From Candidatus Cloacimonadales bacterium (GTDB lineage Bacteria; Cloacimonadota; Cloacimonadia; Cloacimonadales; JAFGVF01): DNA of 64,000 nucleotides. This document shows positions 48,054-57,850 of this stretch, piece by piece; positions within the stretch are counted from its first letter, which is position 1; every line of letters begins with the position of its first letter. The stretch lies in NCBI GenBank assembly GCA_963667035.1, contig OY762964.1, forward strand, positions 2,720,001-2,784,000, written 5' to 3'. Under the pieces are notes generated by a model. It was not told the DNA's origin, did no database searches, and saw only the letters and a program-made list of their open reading frames with translations. A program made the translations under genes and the position numbers.

Positions 48054-48758
48054 ATGAAAAAAATCATAATTATTATGATACTAGTATCTGTTGGATTATT
48101 ACTTGCAGAAGGATTCTCAATAAACACACCCGGTGGTTCAATTTCAATGACTGTCACTGATGATGCTTCCGGCACCAGTATCTCATCAAAAACCGTCTCG
48201 GTTGAATCATTAATTTCAGAGATTGTGAAAGAACTCGAAAGCCTTGAAAGAATACACTCAAAACTAAACAAGTTTGATCAGAGAAAAGCCCAAAACATAA
48301 TCAACGACATATATGAAAAACTTGCTATGTTACCGGATGATGGAGCAATCACTATCAATGCTAAAGTTACAGATTCTCCTCAAGCTTCAGATGCAAATGT
48401 AAGCATAAATGTTAATGTCACTGGTGACGTTAATGAAACTGTAACTCCCAGACCAGAACCGGTTGAAGATAGGCACGTACCGATGAATAGAATCGATTTT
48501 AACAGTTGGAAAAAGAAAATTGCTAATGAGAGTTTTGCCGATGATCAGTTACGCATAGTTAAAATGGGTGCTAAAAATGGTTGGTTTGACTGTGGACAAG
48601 TAAAAGAAATTCTTAGTCTTTTCAACTTTGCAGACGATAAATTGAGTGCCTTAAGAATTATGTGGCCTAGAGTTACAGACAAAGAGAATAGTTATTCTGT
48701 TATAGATAGCTTTGAGTTCTCAGACGATAAGGAAGATGCTGAGACAATCATGCAATAA
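48054..48758 (+). CDS. Exported protein with DUF4476-like C-terminal domain
   Basis: Signal peptide; ESFADD.L...F.F.DDKL..L...DKEN...I...F.F..DK pattern; sigma70-like TTGCCA-17-GATAAT upstream. Confidence 0.7.
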   Translation: MKKIIIIMILVSVGLLLAEGFSINTPGGSISMTVTDDASGTSISSKTVSVESLISEIVKELESLERIHSKLNKFDQRKAQNIINDIYEKLAMLPDDGAITINAKVTDSPQASDANVSINVNVTGDVNETVTPRPEPVEDRHVPMNRIDFNSWKKKIANESFADDQLRIVKMGAKNGWFDCGQVKEILSLFNFADDKLSALRIMWPRVTDKENSYSVIDSFEFSDDKEDAETIMQ

Positions 48759-48776
48759 ATAAAACACTTGATTTTA

Positions 48777-48810
48777 AAAGACTGTTGACTAGCTCAGCAG
48801 TCTTTCTTTT
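48777..48810 (+). terminator. Rho-independent terminator
   Basis: AAAGACTGTTGA-CTAGC-TCAGCAGTCTTT followed by a T-rich tail. Confidence 0.7.
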
Positions 48811-48820
48811 TATAGGTTTT

Positions 48821-49852
48821 ATGAAGATAAACGGAATAGAAACCAGAACAGTTTATTGCAAAGACAATAAGTTGGTAATTATTAATCAGAATAAACTTCC
48901 TTTTGAAGTAGAATTTCTGGAGTTAGAGAAGATTGAAGAAGTTTTGCATGCCATTAGTACAATGCAAGTTCGCGGTGCACCTGCAATAGGAGCAACCGGA
49001 GCATTTGGTCTACTTATAGCACTCAATAATATTGATAAAAGCAATTGGAAAATTGAACTGCAAAAGGCCTATAACTCCTTATTGGCAACTAGACCTACCG
49101 CTATAGATTTAAAAAACTGTATGGACATAGCAATGGACTCTGTCAAAGAAATTTCTGACTATGATACAGCAATGGAGATACTAAACTTAACGTCTAATCA
49201 TATTGCTGACAGTAGCGTTGCAGCATGCAGAAAGATAGGTATGTTTGGCAATTATCTTATAAAAGACGGAGAAAGAATATTAACTCATTGTAATGCCGGA
49301 GCATTGGCGACAGTTGATTATGGTACTGCTTTAGCTCCTATTAGGCAAGCTTTTTATGAAGATAAGAATATCTTTGTCTATGTTGATGAGACAAGACCAA
49401 GATTACAGGGTGCCAGATTAACTGCTTTTGAATTAAGTCAGGAAGGTATAGATTATAATCTAATCGCTGATAATGCTGCAGGTTATTTCATGCAGAAAGG
49501 TAAAATATCAATGGTAATAACAGGAGCCGATAGGATTGCTTTAAACGGTGATGCTGCGAATAAAATCGGAACTTATACCAAAGCCGTTCTTGCAAAGGAA
49601 AACGGAATTCCCTTCTATATAGCCGCTCCCTTAACAACATTTGATTTATCATTAGAAAGCGGAAAGGATATTCCAATCGAAGAGAGAGATGGAAAAGAAC
49701 TTATTGAAGTAGGAAATGCAAAGCTGACCTTTGATAATGCAAAGACGGCTAATCCCGCTTTCGATGTCACACCTGCACAATATATAACAGGTTATATCAC
49801 TGAGATAGGAGTTATTCCATCCGGTGAGATAGTAAATATTAAAAAGAGTTAG
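48821..49852 (+). CDS. mtnA: S-methyl-5-thioribose-1-phosphate isomerase
   Basis: MQVRGAPAIG, TRPTA, LTHCNAGALAT..YGTAL, DETRPRLQGARLT, GADRI, NKIGTY. Confidence 0.96.
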   Translation: MKINGIETRTVYCKDNKLVIINQNKLPFEVEFLELEKIEEVLHAISTMQVRGAPAIGATGAFGLLIALNNIDKSNWKIELQKAYNSLLATRPTAIDLKNCMDIAMDSVKEISDYDTAMEILNLTSNHIADSSVAACRKIGMFGNYLIKDGERILTHCNAGALATVDYGTALAPIRQAFYEDKNIFVYVDETRPRLQGARLTAFELSQEGIDYNLIADNAAGYFMQKGKISMVITGADRIALNGDAANKIGTYTKAVLAKENGIPFYIAAPLTTFDLSLESGKDIPIEERDGKELIEVGNAKLTFDNAKTANPAFDVTPAQYITGYITEIGVIPSGEIVNIKKS

Positions 49853-50253
49853 CGAGCTTTAAAATCTGCTAAAACCTCTGAAATAGCTTTAAACAATTGT
49901 TCTTTGTAAAATGGTTTGGTTAGATAATAATCCATACCTACGTCAAAACATTTATCTTGGTCGTATTTCTCTGCTTGAGCTGTAAGGGCAATAATAGGAG
50001 TATAGACATTCAATTCTTTCTCCAATTCACGAATCTTTATGGTTGCCATAATGCCGTCCATAATAGGCATTTGCAAGTCCATGAAAATAATATCATACTT
50101 ATCTTGTTGATATTTCTCACAGCCTTCAAGACCATTCTTAGCCCAATCAATGAACGCTGCATATTCATTTAGATAGCTTTTAGTAAGCTTCATATTGATT
50201 TTATTGTCTTCGACGATCAGTATTTTCAAAGTAGACGTATCAAAACTCCCCAT
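49849..50253 (-). CDS. Single-domain response regulator
   Basis: ILIVEDN, IFMDLQMPIMDG, PIIALTA, YLTKP. Confidence 0.92.
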   Translation of the reverse strand: MGSFDTSTLKILIVEDNKINMKLTKSYLNEYAAFIDWAKNGLEGCEKYQQDKYDIIFMDLQMPIMDGIMATIKIRELEKELNVYTPIIALTAQAEKYDQDKCFDVGMDYYLTKPFYKEQLFKAISEVLADFKAR

Positions 50254-50499
50254 GATTATTCTTCTTATTATCAGTCTCCCTGAATAATGTGAATATTTAT
50301 GCAGATATGAAATAATCTGTCAATCTAAAATTGTAAAAGAAGTATTCATGGCATTCTAATTAGTATTCTTAGTATAATATTGTGAATAAGTTAGTAAAAA
50401 TTCTAACAGATAATTGATTTGGAATTAATTCAAAGCTTTTAAACATTGCCAAAAATAACCGAAATATCAATATGTGATTATCTTTGATACTGGAGATTT

Positions 50500-53124
50500 A
50501 TGATGAAAAAAACTTCTTTATTGATTGTTTTAACAATCTTTCTTATGTCGCTGAATGCAGTTTCCTCAGATACTATTAAACGTATTGAACAATACTCAGG
50601 AAAGAATGCATTAGAGCTTATTGAATACGCAAACAGTCTTTCCGGTGATAAGGAAAAGTATTGTGATTTCTTGTTAGAGAATAGTTCTGACGGAGATTTA
50701 GCCGCTATTACTCCCGGATTTCTTGATGAAAATCTGGAATATGCTATACTTGCTAAGGATTTGCCATTTAACGAAAATGTATCGGAAGAACTATTTTTGC
50801 ATTATGTGTTACCTCCACGTATAAGCCAAGAACCCTTTGAACAGTGGAGAAAGCAATTTTATGAGACATTATATCCCAGAATAAAAGATTGCGAAACAAT
50901 CAGAGAAGCTATTTTAGAAGTAGATTTGTGGTATAATGAAGGAATCTATTTTAAACAAACAAGCGGCAGAGATATGCCACCATTATCATGTATAAAATGG
51001 AGTTGGGGCAGATGTGAAGAGATGATGATTCTCTTTATGGCTGCTGCACGATCTGTAGGTATACCGGTAAGATCCGTATCAGCTCCATATTGGAGTTTCA
51101 CAGATAGCAACCATGCCTGGGTTGAAGTATGGACAGAAGATGGCTGGAGAGTTACGGAAGAAGGTTATCCTCTTGAATATGGACAAACAAACTGGGTTAC
51201 GGACACGGCTTTAAGAGCTCCAATAGTAACATCAAGATGCTTTGGTGATCTTGAGCATGAACAAACTATTAGTATTAATGAACATGCAACAAAGCTTAAC
51301 ATAACTTCAAATTACGGTCAAACTTCAAAGGTAACAATTACTTTACATGATGAATCGGGTAATCCTGTTGATGATGCTACTATTAGTCTTTATGCGACGA
51401 CATTTGGCGGATTGTTTAGTTTCTATCAGGATGATTCTGATGAACAAGGTAAGGTTGAAGTTGAATTAGGCAGAACTACTGTATGGGTAACAGCCAGAAA
51501 AGATTCATTATTCGGAACAGGACTTGTCTCAACTGTAAAAGGTGAAAGTGAGTTAGTTATAACAATGAAGAACAACTATTATCTGGATGAATCATTTGTT
51601 AACTATTTCCCTTTAGCAGGTCATAAAGAGCGTAATTTTAAGAAAGATGAAGCCATGATAAAAAGACTTCAAGAAAGAAGAGAATTAGCAAACTTAAGAC
51701 GTCAAAAACGTTATCTTGAGAACGGTAAAACCGATAGCTTTATAAAGTATTATCCTTTACCTGAAGAGGGTGAAGATATTGAGAAATATAATCTACGTCG
51801 GGACAAGTATATAGAAAACAGTAGTGATATTTGTGATAATGCATCTGCATTTCTATATGTGTATGATAAGATTAAGTCCGAAGAGGACGGTGACGTAAAA
51901 CAAAATGTGCTGACAGCAATGATTACGTTATGGAATTCAAAGGACTTAGCCGAGATGCCTGATACTACTTCAATCATAGAAACGGTTAACGCTTTTTCCG
52001 AGCGTAAAATAGCTTTTGAATCCGCTGTGTCAGATTCTATATGGAGAAGACATGTGGTACAGCCTTGCTTCGGTAGTAAAATAGTTCCTGAAAATGGATG
52101 GGAAGGTGAGCTTTATGAAATGCTTAAGCCTATACTTGCAGACGACATTGAAACTACTTATCAAAATGTAACCGATTGGCTTAATAAAGTTATTGTGATA
52201 GACGATTCAACTTCAATGAGCTACTTCTCAGGTTCTTTAAATCCTGTGCAAATACTCAATAAACGCAATATAAACGGTTATCATAAAACCGTTCTGTATG
52301 ATTCGGTTTATCGATTAGCAGGTATTCCTCTTTCATGGAAAGGATTTATGGAATATTACGATGGTGAAAAATGGAATCAAATAAAAATAAATGTTGATGA
52401 AGACGAAGAAGAAAGCACTACTCCAATTGAGATGGAAATAACTCTGGAAATCATACAAGATGGTTCTCAAGTTAAAGCAGACCCATATAAAAACTTCTTA
52501 CTGGCATCAATGCGTGAAAACGGAGACATTGATAATTGTTACTTTGATAGCACACCGGATGGTAATAAAGCTAGTATTAAATGGTTTAAATCTAATCCCG
52601 ATATTCCTTACTATCTGGTAAGCTTTATTAGGAATGAGAATGGTGATGCGGATGTACGAGTGAAAAGCGTTACTGATGACATAAATGATTATGTGTTGGA
52701 ACTGAATACTCCTAATCCTCTTTTTGACTTGAGTGCTGCTTGGAGTAAGAAAACTAAGAAAGAGCTGAAGAAGCTAATCAAGGATTCTGACTCTAATGAT
52801 AGATACACTCTTGTTTTTGTAAGAGGCAAACTAGGTACTGAACCACAGGAGAGAATGGTTGAACAACTGTTCAACAGAAAGAATAATTTCTTTAAGAAAA
52901 AAGCTAATATAATAATTGCTACCGAGTATAGAGATAACAAAGATCTGGATCTTTATGAAAAAGAAGGTGTCAAGATAATAGAAGCTAAGAAGATTATTCA
53001 CGAAGATTTCCAAGCTGCTGATTATCCATGCATATTCCTTGTTAATAAGAAAGGAAAGATTGTTAGTTCTAGTAAAGGTTATAACCTGAGCATTATCGAG
53101 TATATGCCTAAATTAATTAAATAG
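50500..53124 (+). CDS. Exported transglutaminase-like domain protein
   Basis: Signal peptide; YVLPPRI..EP...WR; catalytic GRCEE and NHAWVEVW. Confidence 0.82.
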   Translation: MMKKTSLLIVLTIFLMSLNAVSSDTIKRIEQYSGKNALELIEYANSLSGDKEKYCDFLLENSSDGDLAAITPGFLDENLEYAILAKDLPFNENVSEELFLHYVLPPRISQEPFEQWRKQFYETLYPRIKDCETIREAILEVDLWYNEGIYFKQTSGRDMPPLSCIKWSWGRCEEMMILFMAAARSVGIPVRSVSAPYWSFTDSNHAWVEVWTEDGWRVTEEGYPLEYGQTNWVTDTALRAPIVTSRCFGDLEHEQTISINEHATKLNITSNYGQTSKVTITLHDESGNPVDDATISLYATTFGGLFSFYQDDSDEQGKVEVELGRTTVWVTARKDSLFGTGLVSTVKGESELVITMKNNYYLDESFVNYFPLAGHKERNFKKDEAMIKRLQERRELANLRRQKRYLENGKTDSFIKYYPLPEEGEDIEKYNLRRDKYIENSSDICDNASAFLYVYDKIKSEEDGDVKQNVLTAMITLWNSKDLAEMPDTTSIIETVNAFSERKIAFESAVSDSIWRRHVVQPCFGSKIVPENGWEGELYEMLKPILADDIETTYQNVTDWLNKVIVIDDSTSMSYFSGSLNPVQILNKRNINGYHKTVLYDSVYRLAGIPLSWKGFMEYYDGEKWNQIKINVDEDEEESTTPIEMEITLEIIQDGSQVKADPYKNFLLASMRENGDIDNCYFDSTPDGNKASIKWFKSNPDIPYYLVSFIRNENGDADVRVKSVTDDINDYVLELNTPNPLFDLSAAWSKKTKKELKKLIKDSDSNDRYTLVFVRGKLGTEPQERMVEQLFNRKNNFFKKKANIIIATEYRDNKDLDLYEKEGVKIIEAKKIIHEDFQAADYPCIFLVNKKGKIVSSSKGYNLSIIEYMPKLIK

Positions 53125-53131
53125 AAATTAC

Positions 53132-53160
53132 AAGGGAAGCAATCGCTTCCCTTCCTTTTT
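53132..53160 (+). terminator. Rho-independent terminator
   Basis: AAGGGAAGC-AATC-GCTTCCCTT followed by a T run. Confidence 0.75.
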
Positions 53161-53163
53161 ATC

Positions 53164-53733
53164 ATGAATAAAATACTTCTGGTAGACAACTACGATTCTT
53201 TCACTTATAATCTTTTACACTTGGTCCAAGAAGAGTATGATGGAATTGTTGACGTGATTCGAAATGATTCAATTGATAGATATAACTTATATAAGTATGA
53301 AGCTGTAGTTATTTCACCCGGACCTGGAAGACCTGAAACAACACCTTATACAATGGGAATAATACATGAGTGCTATGGAAAAATCCCTATTCTTGGAGAG
53401 TGTTTAGGAATGCAATGCCTGAATGAGTATAAAGGTGGCAAAACGGTTCCCGCTCCATATCCTGTACACGGTAAACGATGTAAGATAGACGTTGTTTCAA
53501 AGAATAGCATTTTATTTGATAAACTACCTACATCATTCTATGTTGGAAGATATCATTCTTTACAGTGCTCAGATATTCCTACTTGCTTTTCAGTTATAAG
53601 TATCACTAAAGATAATATTCCTATGGCAATTGAGGATAAGGATAATAAAGTCTTTGCAGTACAGTTTCATCCCGAGTCATTTCTCTCGGATAATGGTGCC
53701 ATAATAGTTAGGAATTTTCTGGAGCAGTTGTGA
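53164..53733 (+). CDS. pabA: Aminodeoxychorismate/anthranilate synthase glutamine amidotransferase
   Basis: DNYDSFTYNL, SPGPG, CLGMQ, RYHSL, QFHPES; next to pabB and pabC. Confidence 0.9.
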   Translation: MNKILLVDNYDSFTYNLLHLVQEEYDGIVDVIRNDSIDRYNLYKYEAVVISPGPGRPETTPYTMGIIHECYGKIPILGECLGMQCLNEYKGGKTVPAPYPVHGKRCKIDVVSKNSILFDKLPTSFYVGRYHSLQCSDIPTCFSVISITKDNIPMAIEDKDNKVFAVQFHPESFLSDNGAIIVRNFLEQL

Positions 53734-55088
53734 TGAAGATACTTTCGGTTAACATAGTTCCTATTGCATATTGCGAGCCTATTGATTACTATAAGAATCA
53801 AATTACATCAGTCCCATCAATATTATATACCGGCAAAGGAGAGAAAGATTTATCCGAGTTTTCTCTGATAGGATGTACTCCAGTAGCAATTATTGAGCTA
53901 TCTCCGGGCAGAAGCTGTCTGAAAACACAGAGCTATGAGAAAAGTATTGAATTTAGACCTTGGGACGAGTTGTCGAAACTTATTACAGACTTAAAATTCG
54001 ATAAATATGAATATCCAGCTAACAAATGTGGTGTTTGTGGATTTTGGAGCTATGAGTTAAGGCACACTTTAGAATCGCTTCCAAAACTTAATAAGAATAG
54101 CTACTCCTTGCCTGATGCAATTTATACCTTATTCTCTAACTTCTATTACTTTGACCACGACAGTAAGCGATCTTGGAAAATAGATTTTGAATACAACTTA
54201 TCTCCTATACATGGTATTCAACAATGTAACGATAACCATTATAACATCACTAATCTCAGAGCAAATTTCAGTAAAGAAGAATACTGTGATAAAGTAAATA
54301 GGGTAAGAGATTATATTTACTCCGGAGAAGTGTACGAAGTTAATTTATCACAACAGTTTGAAGCAGATTTTGAAGGTAACTCTCTCCAGTACTTTTTAGA
54401 TTTATATCATAGGAATCCTGCACCTTTTTCTGCTTTTATGAATTATAGTGATTACCAAATTCTATCTCTTTCTCCGGAACAATTTATTAAATGTGAAGGG
54501 GATAGAGTTGAAACAAGACCAATTAAGGGTACTGCTCCTAGGTATGCCGATAAATTAAAGGATAAACAATCTAAAGAAAACCTGATCAACTCAGAAAAAG
54601 ATAAAGCAGAGTTGCATATGATAGTTGATCTTCTTAGAAATGACCTTTCGAAGAGTTGCAGAGTAGGATCCGTAGATGTTGTAAATCCCCATAGGCTTGA
54701 AAAGTATGAGAATGTATGGCATCTTGTTGCAATTATAAAAGGACTACTTGATACAGATTCAAGCTATATAGATATTGTTAAAGGAGCTTTTCCGGGAGGT
54801 TCAATAACCGGATGCCCAAAGATTCGCTCTATGGAGATTATTGAAGAGTTGGAAGTGAGCCAACGAAATCTATACACGGGTTCCATTTTCATCGTCAATA
54901 AAGCATTTCTACAATCTAGTATTGTAATAAGAACAGGTATTATCACAGAAAGTTTGACAACAAATAACAGAAAGCTATTTTTTAATAGTGGAGGAGCGGT
55001 AACTATTGATTCTGTTCCTGAATCTGAATACGATGAGATTATTCAAAAAGTAACTCACTTTATTGCAAGTGAGAAGGAGGACAAATGA
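53730..55088 (+). CDS. pabB: Aminodeoxychorismate synthase component I
   Basis: NPAPFSA, SPE, TRPIKGT, MIVDLLRNDL, FPGGSITGCPKIRSM. Confidence 0.9.
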   Translation: MMKILSVNIVPIAYCEPIDYYKNQITSVPSILYTGKGEKDLSEFSLIGCTPVAIIELSPGRSCLKTQSYEKSIEFRPWDELSKLITDLKFDKYEYPANKCGVCGFWSYELRHTLESLPKLNKNSYSLPDAIYTLFSNFYYFDHDSKRSWKIDFEYNLSPIHGIQQCNDNHYNITNLRANFSKEEYCDKVNRVRDYIYSGEVYEVNLSQQFEADFEGNSLQYFLDLYHRNPAPFSAFMNYSDYQILSLSPEQFIKCEGDRVETRPIKGTAPRYADKLKDKQSKENLINSEKDKAELHMIVDLLRNDLSKSCRVGSVDVVNPHRLEKYENVWHLVAIIKGLLDTDSSYIDIVKGAFPGGSITGCPKIRSMEIIEELEVSQRNLYTGSIFIVNKAFLQSSIVIRTGIITESLTTNNRKLFFNSGGAVTIDSVPESEYDEIIQKVTHFIASEKEDK

Positions 55089-55843
55089 TCTGGTTCATAG
55101 ACGGCATGTATGCTAGTCCCGAGAATGCTGGATATAACCTCAACAATAGCGGATTCTTGCATGGTTATGGTGTCTTTACTACTTTACTTTATTCAAATAG
55201 TTGCAGAATACCATTCTATTATCATCTTGAAAGATTGAGAAATGCTTGTAAAAAGTTTAATCTACTATTCCCTGAAATAGACTATCGAATGATAATGAGA
55301 AAACTATTGGAATACAATAAAGTAAACTTGTTACGAATTAGAATCATCTTACAAAAATCTGAAGATAGAACTACGAAGGTGATAGTAACTGCCGATAATT
55401 TTAGTCCCCAGAAGAAGAGATTCAAGCTGGTTTCATGTAGCGAACCGAGACATTGTAGTGTTCTTAATAAATATAAAACGACTAACTACATGTTACCAAT
55501 GTATTATAAGCAAGTTGCAATGGAAAATGGATTTGATGAAATGCTGTTTCATGATTGTGAGGGAAATGTATTGGAAACTTGTTTTGCAAATGTTTTCTTT
55601 GTTAGAAACAGACATATCTACACTCCTCCGGTAACAAACGAAATATTAGCAGGTACTGCAAGAAGAACCATTCTTGAGAAAGGTGAAATCGAAGGTTTTC
55701 AAGTTACTGAAGCAAACATTTCAATGAAAGAGATTGGAGATTTTGAATCTGTTTTTCTGACAAATGCAGTTCATGGAGTAATGCAAGTAGATTCAATTGA
55801 TAATATTAAGTACACTCCGATAAGTTTTACAGTTAAGTTATAG
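55085..55843 (+). CDS. pabC: Class IV aminotransferase, probable aminodeoxychorismate lyase
   Basis: GYGVFTT, HLERL, YKTTNY, E...ANVFF, LAGTAR, FLTNA; operon context. Confidence 0.8.
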   Translation: MIWFIDGMYASPENAGYNLNNSGFLHGYGVFTTLLYSNSCRIPFYYHLERLRNACKKFNLLFPEIDYRMIMRKLLEYNKVNLLRIRIILQKSEDRTTKVIVTADNFSPQKKRFKLVSCSEPRHCSVLNKYKTTNYMLPMYYKQVAMENGFDEMLFHDCEGNVLETCFANVFFVRNRHIYTPPVTNEILAGTARRTILEKGEIEGFQVTEANISMKEIGDFESVFLTNAVHGVMQVDSIDNIKYTPISFTVKL

Positions 55844-55874
55844 AAAAAGGCAGTTGGATTAACCAACTGCCTTT
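55844..55874. terminator. Bidirectional terminator between pabC and purB
   Basis: Perfect 12-bp stem AAAGGCAGTTGG-ATTAA-CCAACTGCCTTT. Confidence 0.85.
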
Positions 55875-55879
55875 AATAA

Positions 55880-57175
55880 TTAAATTATCCCGCATCTTTT
55901 CATGATAAAATCGACATTTTTCAAGTAGCGTTCATAAGAAAAAATCTCATCAATTTCATTTCTTTCCAATATGTTGCAAATATCTTCATCAGCAAGAATG
56001 AGCTCTTTGAATGGCTGTTTAGTCTGCCAGCATGTCAATGCATTTTTCTGCACCATTGCATAAGCCTGTTCTCTTGATATTCCTTTATTTGCTAGATGTA
56101 GTAGAATAACTTGAGAGAATACTAACCCATTCGTTAGTTCAAGATTTCGTTCAATATTTTCAGGATATACAGTCAGATTATCAATAAGACGCGTCATCTT
56201 CTTAAGCATATAATGCATAAGAATGCTAGAGTCAGGAAGAATAATTCTTTCAACGGAACTGTGACTAATATCTCTTTCATGCCAAAGAGCATTATTCTCG
56301 CAAGCAGCCAATGCATTAGTTCTCAATAATCTGGCAAGTCCGCTCATCTGTTCACTAACAATAGGATTCTTTTTGTGGGGCATTGCGGAAGATCCTTTCT
56401 GACCTTTAGAGAAGTTCTCTTCGGCCTCTAAGACTTCAGTTCGTTGTAAATGCCTAATCTCAATAGCAACCTTCTCAATTGTTGCACCTGTCAAAGCAAT
56501 AACGTTCATATATTCTGCATGTCTATCTCTTTGAATTACTTGAGTAGCAATATTAACAGGTTTAAGACCTAAGAAACCACATGCCAATTCTTCGATTTGA
56601 GGAGATAAATGAGCGTAGTTACCAACAGCTCCTGATATCTGTCCGACACTTACAGTATTTAAAGCTGCTTCCATCCTTTTGATGTTTCTATTCATCTCAT
56701 CATACCATAGGGCAAACTTTAAACCGAATGATGTAGGTTCTGCATGTATCCCATGTGATCTACCAATGCAAAGTGTATCTTTATACTGTTTAGCTTTATC
56801 TTTTAAGACCACACTGAACTCTTTCATCTCTTGGAGAATTAACTCAGCAGCTTGTTTCATTTGTAAAGCTGAGGCCGTATCCAGTACATCAGAAGAAGTC
56901 ATTCCATAATGAATCCAACGAGAAGATGGTCCAACATATTCAGCAACATTCGTTAAGAAAGCAATAATATCGTGTTTTGTAACGAGTTCAATCTCATCAA
57001 CACGTTGAGCATCAAAATCTGCTTTCGCAACTATATTTTTAAGGTCTTCATCCGGAATTATACCAAGCTTATTCATTGCTTTACAAGCAGCTATTTCAAC
57101 ATCAAGCCAACATTGATAACGGTTTTGTTGACTCCAAATATCACCCATTTCCTTGAGAGTATAACGACTAATCAT
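55880..57175 (-). CDS. purB: Adenylosuccinate lyase
   Basis: MISRY, HYGMTSSD, GRSHGIHAEP, GSSAMPHKKNP, LWHERDISHSS. Confidence 0.98.
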   Translation of the reverse strand: MISRYTLKEMGDIWSQQNRYQCWLDVEIAACKAMNKLGIIPDEDLKNIVAKADFDAQRVDEIELVTKHDIIAFLTNVAEYVGPSSRWIHYGMTSSDVLDTASALQMKQAAELILQEMKEFSVVLKDKAKQYKDTLCIGRSHGIHAEPTSFGLKFALWYDEMNRNIKRMEAALNTVSVGQISGAVGNYAHLSPQIEELACGFLGLKPVNIATQVIQRDRHAEYMNVIALTGATIEKVAIEIRHLQRTEVLEAEENFSKGQKGSSAMPHKKNPIVSEQMSGLARLLRTNALAACENNALWHERDISHSSVERIILPDSSILMHYMLKKMTRLIDNLTVYPENIERNLELTNGLVFSQVILLHLANKGISREQAYAMVQKNALTCWQTKQPFKELILADEDICNILERNEIDEIFSYERYLKNVDFIMKRCGII

Positions 57176-57186
57176 ATTTCTTACCT

Positions 57187-57798
57187 TTATCTCTTTTTAT
57201 AATTATCTATATCTATTACCAAAAACTCTGTATTATCAATTACAAGAGTAATCTTTTGAGGCTCTCCATTAAGTTTATATTCAAATAGGACTTTGTTTTC
57301 ATCAGTATTACTAATTGAAGCCAATTGCATTTTATCGTTAAAGGCAAAGTCCAAACCAAGTTTGTTAACTGATCTGTTCATAAATATTTCTTCCGAGTGA
57401 GGAAGCAAATATTTCGAAAGTGAGAGATCATATTGTATATCATCCAGAAGCATATTAGATGGGATTAAACTGTCTGCACCGGCAAAACCACTAGCATCAA
57501 CAGTTAGTGAGTCATCATAACTAATTGAGACCAGAGGCTTTGGGTTCAAACCCATTAATCCGGAATTAAGGACTTTAAAGTTAAATCGGTTACCGTCCTT
57601 ATGCATAACGAAATTCTTTCTAAAGCTAAAAGCTTTATAATGAATTTCAACAATACCTTGCATATTGAAATTATCCCATAATGATAAATTTGATTCAAGA
57701 GCTTTATAGCTGGCTTTGTTCCCTGTTGAAAATACTGAACAACCGTTTACTATAACTAATACAAGGATTACAATTGCTATAAATATATTTCTTTTCAT
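57187..57798 (-). CDS. Hypothetical lipoprotein
   Basis: GAGGAG RBS; signal with VNGC lipobox; beta-rich. Confidence 0.7.
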   Translation of the reverse strand: MKRNIFIAIVILVLVIVNGCSVFSTGNKASYKALESNLSLWDNFNMQGIVEIHYKAFSFRKNFVMHKDGNRFNFKVLNSGLMGLNPKPLVSISYDDSLTVDASGFAGADSLIPSNMLLDDIQYDLSLSKYLLPHSEEIFMNRSVNKLGLDFAFNDKMQLASISNTDENKVLFEYKLNGEPQKITLVIDNTEFLVIDIDNYKKR

Positions 57799-57850
57799 AA
57801 TCTCTCCTCAAATCTACAATTTAACGAAACTGATAATTGTAAACTGATTT